Shown: one piece after another, positions 25,573 through 31,891 of the stretch
How positions within the stretch are numbered: position 1 is the stretch's first letter
Layout of the letters: each line of letters starts with the position of its first letter
Source of the DNA: Gemmatimonadales bacterium
Lineage (GTDB): Bacteria; Gemmatimonadota; Gemmatimonadetes; Gemmatimonadales; GWC2-71-9
Direction of reading: 5' to 3'
Length of the DNA: 31,891 nt
NCBI GenBank assembly: GCA_034666205.1
Contig: JAXDMF010000210.1
Span: 1 to 31,891 of the forward strand
Made by a program: the position numbers and the translations under genes
Notes under the pieces: generated by a model
Databases searched by the model: none
Told to the model about the DNA's origin: nothing
What the model saw: only the letters and a program-made list of their open reading frames with translations

Positions 25573-26294
25573 ACGAGCTCTGGGAACGCATGGTGATCGG
25601 CGCCGAGCAGATCGGGACCGTGATCCCCGCCCTGGTAGGAGCCGCCGTCATACTCCTGACGGGGTACTTTCTGGCTCGCCAGGTGCAGCGCTGGGCGGAC
25701 GACCTCCTCAAGCGGCTGGGTTTCAATCGCATGGCTACCGCCGGAGGGCTGGACGAGGCGGTGGGGCGTACGGGGTCCCGTCTCGACCCGGTGCGCGCGC
25801 TCGCCAAGCTCATCTTCTGGCTGGTAATGCTGGTGGTCATTCTCCTGGCCAGCATGGCTCTCGGACTCGAGAGCATCAACGAGATGTTCGGGGCGATGCT
25901 CAGCTTCATTCCGACGCTGATTGCGGCCATCGTCATCGTCATCCTTGGAATCATCGTCGGCGAGTTCGTCCGGGGGCTCATCGTGGCCTCGGCCGGTGGC
26001 CTTTCGGGGGTGCCCACGGTGGCCAAGATGGCCAAAGCCGCCGTCATTGTGATCTCGATCTTCATGGCGTTACAGCAGGTGGGAGTGGCGGAAGAGATCG
26101 TCACCGCCGCCTTTACCCTGATTCTGGGAGCCTTGGCACTGGCTGTGGGCCTGGCGTTCGGCCTGGGAAACCGGGACTTGGCCGGCGAGATCACCCGGAG
26201 GTGGTACGAGGAGGGTCAGCGGCGGGGTCGGCGTCGCTCCGACCGCTCCGGGCCGAATACTCCGCCCGGAGATGATCCGCCGATCTTGGATTAG
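25569..26294 (+). CDS. CmpX-like / mechanosensitive-channel TM-helix repeat membrane protein (241 aa)
   Basis: Two P-x-L-(V/I)-(G/A)-A-x-x-I repeats, ALQQVGVA, and GLAFGLG. No MscS cytoplasmic domain. GTGA overlap with the upstream gene. Confidence 0.78.
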   Translation: MNELWERMVIGAEQIGTVIPALVGAAVILLTGYFLARQVQRWADDLLKRLGFNRMATAGGLDEAVGRTGSRLDPVRALAKLIFWLVMLVVILLASMALGLESINEMFGAMLSFIPTLIAAIVIVILGIIVGEFVRGLIVASAGGLSGVPTVAKMAKAAVIVISIFMALQQVGVAEEIVTAAFTLILGALALAVGLAFGLGNRDLAGEITRRWYEEGQRRGRRRSDRSGPNTPPGDDPPILD

Positions 26295-27391
26295 TCGCGC
26301 AGCCTCCCCACCGTCTTCGTTCCATCCGCGTTTTTGACCGATCCGTAGACCGATCCGCTAGGCCCGAAGCCGGCGAGTGCCGAGCCCTGGGGAAAGGTGA
26401 CCGTGCGTTCCCAGATTCCCTTTCTATTGAATACGTCGTAGATCAGCGCCGCGCCTTCGCGGGACTGGGGCCGCTGGAGCCAGACCTCGCCATTCGGGCG
26501 CCCCAAGGCGAAATCGAATGGTGGTTTAGTGTCCGCGAAGGGGTAGACGATGCGGAGGTCCTGGGGCATGCCGAACTGCTTGCCATGCTCCCTGACTTGG
26601 GCAAGGACCCGATCCTTGTCTGCCTGGGTGACCGGCACCCGGGTGTACGCGTGGGTTTGTCCGAGCTTCCAGCGCCCGTCAGGCGAGCGCCAATCGACCC
26701 GGTTTTCCCTGCCCCTGGCAATCCAGGCCGTCCCATCCGGGAGCACGCCAAAGAAATCATTGGGTGCGAATACCTTGGCGGCCTGCTGCACCTGCTCCCC
26801 AAAGGTCGCATCACCGTACTCGGGGCCAGCCAGGAGCGCGACCGTGTCCACCGCACCACCCTTCACAGTAAGACGGAGGACTGGAATGCTGTCGGGCCGG
26901 AGGATCCGTCCCGGCTCCCCTCCGCCGACCACGGCCTGGTAGTCAATCTTGTATCCGTGCCCAACCGTGTCGTAGAGCAAAACCGGTGTCTTGCCCGCGA
27001 CCTCCTTGATCGGCAGCACGCCGAGCGGCCGTCCCGCCTCGCTCCAGAGCGTGGTGCGGATCGCACTGAAGTCAACCAGGGCCACGGTATCCCCTGCCAG
27101 ATGAGCCGTCCATCCGGGAAACTTGTACTGTCCGTCAGAGCCGCTCTTGGATAAGGAGTCAACCCGGCTCCCGATCGTGTCCACCTTTCCGTTTTTCAGG
27201 TCGCCCCGAAGAAAGAGCTTGTTCTTGGTATCGGCGAATATCACCCGTCCATCCCTCAGCTCGACGACGTTGCTGATATTGCCGAAACGGGCCGGCAGCT
27301 TGGCATCCAGAGCCAGGGTCTGACTCTCGGCCGGGCTGCATGCGAGCATTGCCACTAGTGCGAACAGAGACAGTGAATGCGGCAGCTTCAT
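26291..27391 (-). CDS. Hypothetical beta-propeller-like lipoprotein (366 aa)
   Basis: Lipobox AMLA-C, AGGAGG Shine-Dalgarno, beta-rich repeats. Paralogous to 27434-28519. Confidence 0.78.
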   Translation of the reverse strand: MKLPHSLSLFALVAMLACSPAESQTLALDAKLPARFGNISNVVELRDGRVIFADTKNKLFLRGDLKNGKVDTIGSRVDSLSKSGSDGQYKFPGWTAHLAGDTVALVDFSAIRTTLWSEAGRPLGVLPIKEVAGKTPVLLYDTVGHGYKIDYQAVVGGGEPGRILRPDSIPVLRLTVKGGAVDTVALLAGPEYGDATFGEQVQQAAKVFAPNDFFGVLPDGTAWIARGRENRVDWRSPDGRWKLGQTHAYTRVPVTQADKDRVLAQVREHGKQFGMPQDLRIVYPFADTKPPFDFALGRPNGEVWLQRPQSREGAALIYDVFNRKGIWERTVTFPQGSALAGFGPSGSVYGSVKNADGTKTVGRLRD

Positions 27392-27433
27392 CCGACCGAC
27401 CCTCCTGGGAGAACTCGACTTCAGTGAGTGAGG

Positions 27434-28519
27434 TTACGGCGTTGGGTTTGGCGAGGACGGGGGCAGGCCGACACGGATCAGCCGGATGCCCTGGGCGGCC
27501 GGCTCGGCCACTAGCACTGAGTTGGCTCCGACGGCCAGAATACGCCCGTGGCCAGGGACGCGGATCTCCCGTACCAACCGACCCTGCCGATCCACCACAT
27601 GATACCGGCGGGAAGAGTCAGCCGGTGCCCGGCTCTTCTCCAGCCACACGTCTCCATCTGCGCCGGTAATGCCAGCCTCGAATGGCGGCTTGATCGCGGC
27701 AAACGGCAGATCCTGCGCTGTTCCCCGGAGCTCCGGAGGGAATTTGCGCAAGAAAAGCTCACGGTCGTAGCGCGTCACCTCCAGGACCCGGTCGGGCAGT
27801 GGCTGACCACGGCTCCACTGCCCATCCGGCCCGCGCCAATCTACCCGGTTGTCGTAGACTCTTCCCAGCCAGAGCGAGCCATCGGGCCGCACACCCCAGC
27901 GGTCCAACCCGCTGAACACACGACGCTCGAACCGCCGCCCGGCGTCGCCCTGAACTACTGCGATGTCGAGCGGCGCGAGCCGTGCGAGGGTGTCGGCCCG
28001 AATGAGTGAGGTGTCGACTCGCACCACGGCGGCGGAATCGCGATTCCCGCTCCCGTCGGGGCCGGGCAGGGGATAGAGGTCGAGATAGAAGTACCCGGCT
28101 CGGTCACGCGCCCGGGGTAGAGTCCCCCGTAGCGAGTTGACGGCAGGAATGGATCGTACCAGTCGTCCGCTGGGAGTCCAGAGCGTGAGCCGGCGAAGGG
28201 CCCAGTCGCCCACGTACAGGGTGTCGCCGGACACGAAGAGATTGGAAGGATTCCGCAGCGCTTTCGATGATCGACCGCCCAGAGGGGTGAGCGCCTTGGC
28301 CCCGAAATCGGCGATGGCGACGGCGTTATCCGCCGGCGCCAGCACTGCCCAGCGGCTTCCGCCCAGCCACGCGGCCGCGGTCACGTCGGAGTAGGGCGTG
28401 GGTAGAGTGTCGCCGGCGAGCGCGAGCTCGACCACCGGTGTCTCGGGCTTGGGCGCTCCACAGGCGGCGAGTAGCCCGAGGAGCAGGATGGTCAGGAAGT
28501 GGATGGGTCTGGCGGGCAC
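27434..28519 (-). CDS. Hypothetical beta-propeller-like lipoprotein (361 aa)
   Basis: Lipobox LLAA-C. Shares RVDWR-x-PDG-x-W, KPPF and G-x-VWL motifs with the downstream gene. Confidence 0.78.
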   Translation of the reverse strand: MPARPIHFLTILLLGLLAACGAPKPETPVVELALAGDTLPTPYSDVTAAAWLGGSRWAVLAPADNAVAIADFGAKALTPLGGRSSKALRNPSNLFVSGDTLYVGDWALRRLTLWTPSGRLVRSIPAVNSLRGTLPRARDRAGYFYLDLYPLPGPDGSGNRDSAAVVRVDTSLIRADTLARLAPLDIAVVQGDAGRRFERRVFSGLDRWGVRPDGSLWLGRVYDNRVDWRGPDGQWSRGQPLPDRVLEVTRYDRELFLRKFPPELRGTAQDLPFAAIKPPFEAGITGADGDVWLEKSRAPADSSRRYHVVDRQGRLVREIRVPGHGRILAVGANSVLVAEPAAQGIRLIRVGLPPSSPNPTP

Positions 28520-28534
28520 CGGGGGAATGTAACA
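28517..28534 (-). promoter_or_regulatory. Extended -10 (TGt-TACATT) 6 nt before GTG (leaderless-type promoter)
   Basis: Minus strand TGTTACATT-cccccg-GTG, no Shine-Dalgarno. Confidence 0.5.
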
Positions 28535-28563
28535 CGCAGCCTGCCCGGCTCATGGCCTGCCGC

Positions 28564-31227
28564 CTACGGATTCCACCAGTACGACACCTTTACCAGAAAG
28601 ATGTTGTCCGCGACGGCGCCGAACAGCCGATCGAATGCGCGGCCGGTCCGGAAGCTGCCAATCGTTTCCGTATCCTTCCGATTCTGCGTCCATACGAAGA
28701 ACAAGGTGGAGCCGGGCGAGAACTCCCAGCGGAGCACCGCATTCCCCCGCAGTGATGCCAGGGAGAAGTTGGGGTCATCGATCTCATGGGCCTCCGCCGG
28801 TCCCGCGGGCCCATCCGGGTCGACCAGGATACGGTCGGGATCAGCCGTCTCAGTCGGATCCGGGTAGCCGTTAAACAGGTAGCTGCGAGGCCGCGCCAGC
28901 TCCTTGAACCCGGCGTACCGCCCCGAAGAGAGCAGCGGTTGCGCATACACCTCGAGACTGAGCCGCGGCGTGAAGATCCAGTTGAGCCGCACGCTGGCGG
29001 ACACTGTGGTCTGATCCAGGCCGGCAAAGACGTATCGATGACCGAAGGTATTGGTCGCCAGCCCATCGTCGAACGTGTCAACGTACTGGGCCGACGTACC
29101 GGTCCGTTCGATCTGCGGCTCGACCCGAAGCGACAGCCGTGCGCCCGGCTTCCACTCGAGCGCCGCCCGCGCACTCCAGCTCTGATCCCAGTTCTCCCGG
29201 TAATGAGTGCCGTGAAGCCCGACGCCGTAGATCCAACGCTGGTTGGGATCGGAGTCGAGCTGAAAGTCCCACTCCACGCCCGGCTGGTTGACCATCAGCG
29301 GCCCACCGCGGGTGCGCCGGTCACTGAGCGTCCTAGGGTTGTAGGCCACGAACCACTTGCCGGTCGAGAAGTTCCTCAGCTCGTACAACCCGGTAAGAAA
29401 CAGCCCGGTCCAGGTGACGTCGCCGCCAAAGTCATAACTCCGGAAGCCGGCGAGGTTGAGCCTCCAGCTCCGGAACAGCCGACTCGGCTGGGTCCATTTG
29501 TGCCCCACCATGACGTGGGAGTTGATCTGATCGCCGCGGAACTGAAAGCCTAGATCGTTCACCTCGAAATTCGGGTCCACCACACCGATGGCCGAGTTGA
29601 GCATCCAGTTGCCCTTCTGCTTGTTGAGCGAGACCCGGGCGGCATAGCCGGTGAGAGACGTCCGGCTCGAATCAACGCCGAGGTAGCCGGCGTCGGGCCG
29701 CTGGAAGTAGTGCACCGAGCTTTCCTGGAGCGACTGTATCCGCTCGGGAGTACCGCTTACCCGGCTCGCACCGGCCCAGCCGCTGACCACCCACATCGCG
29801 TTCTGGTCCAGCGTCGTCCACCCGTCGAGGCCGAACCCAGTGGCGCTGGAGCTGAGCTCCTGGCGAAGCTGGGGCTCATCGAAGGAGCGTGCGGTCAGCG
29901 TGCCAATGAATCCCAGCCCATGCCGGCCTCCAGCCAACTCCTTCTGGGCCCGATAGACGCCATAGTAGGTGAGCGGCTCGACTTCCTGCTGCCAGCGCTG
30001 CTGACCCAGCGAGAATTGGGCATGCTCGCGGCTGGTGACTGCGTTGAGGGCGCCGAAGCTCCAGCTCCCTACCTTCCCCGAAAGCTTGGCGGCGCCGATG
30101 ATGTTGCTCCCCGCCGGCACGTTCGAATAGTCGTAGTCGTCCGGCAGCTCGCCCTGAGGTGCCCGACCGATGCGGCGACTGTACAGGAAACTGGGACCCG
30201 CCCAGTTGAAGCCCCAGAAATCATTGGCACCGCCTTCCCCATAATTGAAGATGTTGGCCCCCTCCATGAAAAACGGCCGGCGCTCCTCGAAGAAGGTCTC
30301 CACGTCGCTCAGATTGACCACCGCAGGATCTACCTCGACCTGCCCGAAGTCGGGGTGCACGGTGGCGTCGAGAGTCAGGTTGCTCCCGATGCCCAACTTG
30401 AGATCGCCACCGATGCCAGCGCCCAAGCGAGAGCCGTCGTTGAACGGGTCCGCCACGCCGTGACCCATGTATTCGGCTCGCGTGGTCACATAGGGAAGAA
30501 TTTCGAGTCGTGGCGGAGGTGAGACCTCCTCGATGCCAACCAGATCGACGAACCTCGACACGAACCCGCTCCCATTGCTGGGGGTCCGGACCAGGTAATC
30601 CAGCTCGTTCCGGCGCGCGATCTCCCGCTTGAAATTGATGGCCCACCGATTCTCCTTCTGGCGTTGAAAGCGGAGCTGGGAGTACGGGATCCTGAGCTCC
30701 GCCGTCCAGCCGGCGGAGTCGCGGCTTGCCTTGCCTTCCCAGACTCCGTCCCACGTGTCGCTGTCCCAATCATCATTGTAGAGGGTTCCATCGTAGAGCG
30801 TCCCGGCCGCGTTGATGCCGAAGTAGAAGCCGGTGCGACGGTCGTGATAGCAGTCGAGGAATACCAGGAAACGATCCGAGCTGGTGATGCGGTCTCGCCG
30901 GGCCAGCTGAGCCCGTATCGAATCCGGACGGCTGTCATACAACCGGGCCCCCACGTAGAGCGCATCATTGTCGTAGAGAACCCGGACCTCGGTCCGCTCG
31001 GTAGCGGTGGCGCCCTCGTGTGGCTCCCGTTGAGTAAAGTCGGAGACCGGCATTGCGGTGGCCCAGTCGGGCTCGGAGAGGATCCCGTCCAGCGTAAACC
31101 CACCGTGAAGCCGGGCCGCGTGGACCATGGGGCTCTCGGGCGGTTTGGGTACCGTGTCGCCCGGGCCTGTGGGGATCAGGCCCGCCAGCGCGAAGTAGAG
31201 CGCGACTGCAGTTGTGGGGTCGCCCAC
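28564..31227 (-). CDS. DUF5916 protein with N-terminal CBM9-like domain, probable outer-membrane beta-barrel (about 887 aa)
   Basis: LDGILSEPDW, TEVRVLYD, WTAELRIPYSQLRF, PDFGQVEVD, ERRPFFMEG, YSRRIG and an aromatic terminal strand KVSYWW. GTG 31227 has GGAGG 8 nt upstream (ATG 31260 is an alternative). Confidence 0.82.
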   Translation of the reverse strand: MGDPTTAVALYFALAGLIPTGPGDTVPKPPESPMVHAARLHGGFTLDGILSEPDWATAMPVSDFTQREPHEGATATERTEVRVLYDNDALYVGARLYDSRPDSIRAQLARRDRITSSDRFLVFLDCYHDRRTGFYFGINAAGTLYDGTLYNDDWDSDTWDGVWEGKASRDSAGWTAELRIPYSQLRFQRQKENRWAINFKREIARRNELDYLVRTPSNGSGFVSRFVDLVGIEEVSPPPRLEILPYVTTRAEYMGHGVADPFNDGSRLGAGIGGDLKLGIGSNLTLDATVHPDFGQVEVDPAVVNLSDVETFFEERRPFFMEGANIFNYGEGGANDFWGFNWAGPSFLYSRRIGRAPQGELPDDYDYSNVPAGSNIIGAAKLSGKVGSWSFGALNAVTSREHAQFSLGQQRWQQEVEPLTYYGVYRAQKELAGGRHGLGFIGTLTARSFDEPQLRQELSSSATGFGLDGWTTLDQNAMWVVSGWAGASRVSGTPERIQSLQESSVHYFQRPDAGYLGVDSSRTSLTGYAARVSLNKQKGNWMLNSAIGVVDPNFEVNDLGFQFRGDQINSHVMVGHKWTQPSRLFRSWRLNLAGFRSYDFGGDVTWTGLFLTGLYELRNFSTGKWFVAYNPRTLSDRRTRGGPLMVNQPGVEWDFQLDSDPNQRWIYGVGLHGTHYRENWDQSWSARAALEWKPGARLSLRVEPQIERTGTSAQYVDTFDDGLATNTFGHRYVFAGLDQTTVSASVRLNWIFTPRLSLEVYAQPLLSSGRYAGFKELARPRSYLFNGYPDPTETADPDRILVDPDGPAGPAEAHEIDDPNFSLASLRGNAVLRWEFSPGSTLFFVWTQNRKDTETIGSFRTGRAFDRLFGAVADNIFLVKVSYWWNP

Positions 31228-31318
31228 TGATGGCCCCTCCGCGGCGCCGGTGGCCCGCATACTGACGGAATGGAATCCGGCGGGGATTCATGGCACGCGC
31301 CGGGAGCGAACGCGTGAC

Positions 31319-31347
31319 TTAGACGGAGGGAACGACGAAAGGGTTGC
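31319..31347 (-). promoter_or_regulatory. ECF-sigma-type promoter GCAAC-N17-CGTCTAA
   Basis: -35 at 31347-31343 and -10 at 31325-31319. Matches the general AAC...CGT ECF pattern. Confidence 0.55.
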
Positions 31348-31400
31348 CTGCGGGGCTATCGCAAAATTTCTCGAACAGAGCCAGTGCGCGCGGGTCTTCC

Positions 31401-31891
31401 CTAGGGCTGCTCGATGATGTCCTGGAGCGCCTGCACCGCACGGCTTTCCTCCGATTGGCCCAGCCAAAAGAGTGCGCGCTTCCGAAGATCCGGATTCGGG
31501 TCCCGCTTGGCGATCTCTATCAGCTTGTCGAGAGCCTCGGGCTCGTCTCGCTGGGAGTACACGAAGATCAGCTGCTCCCGCATCCGCTGGTCGCCGACGT
31601 CGCCATAGAGCTTGGTCAGCTCGACGAGCGAGACGCCACCCTGGCCGGCCCAGAAGAGCGCCTGCTTCCGCATCTCGATCCCCTGTGCCGTGTCGCGGGC
31701 GACGCCGAGGAGCCAGCGGCCATACTCTTCGCCACCCATCTGAGAGAGGGAGAACAGCACCTTCCTCTTCAGTTCCTGACTCTTGAGTCGCCCATAGAGC
31801 GAGCGCAGGAAACCAGCGTTCTCGGGACTCTCGTTCTGCCCGATCCAGAAGATTGCCTTCTCCTTCAGCGCATCGGGGACCTCGGCCCGCT
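31401..31891 (-). CDS. HEAT-repeat protein, C-terminal part (5' end beyond the window)
   Basis: Frame is open to the window edge, with repeated KEKAIFWIGQ / RKQALFWAGQ / REQLIFVYSQ / RKRALFWLGQ units. Confidence 0.85.
   Translation of the reverse strand, partial: RAEVPDALKEKAIFWIGQNESPENAGFLRSLYGRLKSQELKRKVLFSLSQMGGEEYGRWLLGVARDTAQGIEMRKQALFWAGQGGVSLVELTKLYGDVGDQRMREQLIFVYSQRDEPEALDKLIEIAKRDPNPDLRKRALFWLGQSEESRAVQALQDIIEQP

Noticed and set aside
19851-26294. A unifying osmotic-stress island (GH15, CmpX-like protein, beta-lysine operon)
   Set aside because: The genes are far apart, on different strands and separated by unrelated genes, and no shared regulatory motif was seen.
28537-28560. 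Possible terminator after the DUF5916 gene (gcaggcc...ggctgc)
   Set aside because: Short bulged stem without a proper U-tract. It overlaps a promoter-like region and cannot be supported.

Overview
GC-rich bacterial chromosomal segment with about 31 closely packed protein genes. Gene content (DUF5916, HEAT-repeat protein, Ig/TolB fusion, beta-propeller lipoproteins) suggests Gemmatimonadota; this is an inference. No rRNA, tRNA, CRISPR array, integrase or transposase was seen. Most genes are housekeeping or lineage-typical: thyX, thiolase, 3-hydroxybutyryl-CoA dehydrogenase, SPFH protein, RNase H, GH15, MDR dehydrogenase. The best candidate for an undescribed system is a four-gene minus-strand operon at 158-3958 with two non-canonical Ddl-like ATP-grasp ligases, a GNAT and a lysine 2,3-aminomutase-type radical SAM enzyme. 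It is a plausible beta-lysine peptide pathway. It sits behind a sigma70-like promoter whose short leader contains an intrinsic terminator, a candidate attenuator or riboswitch. Other notable items: (1) a selenocysteine-containing SelD that the ORF track truncates, with a clear SECIS hairpin; (2) inverted tandem heptamer/nonamer hairpins at gene junctions, where the heptamer arms supply the upstream stop codon; (3) an RNase H with a rearranged active site, coupled to a tiny WYL/Sm-like protein; (4) a cupredoxin plus MauG-type di-heme lipoprotein pair; (5) a histone H1-like basic protein; (6) several apparently leaderless genes; (7) an ECF-sigma-type promoter. All family assignments come from motif recognition by eye; no database search was run.
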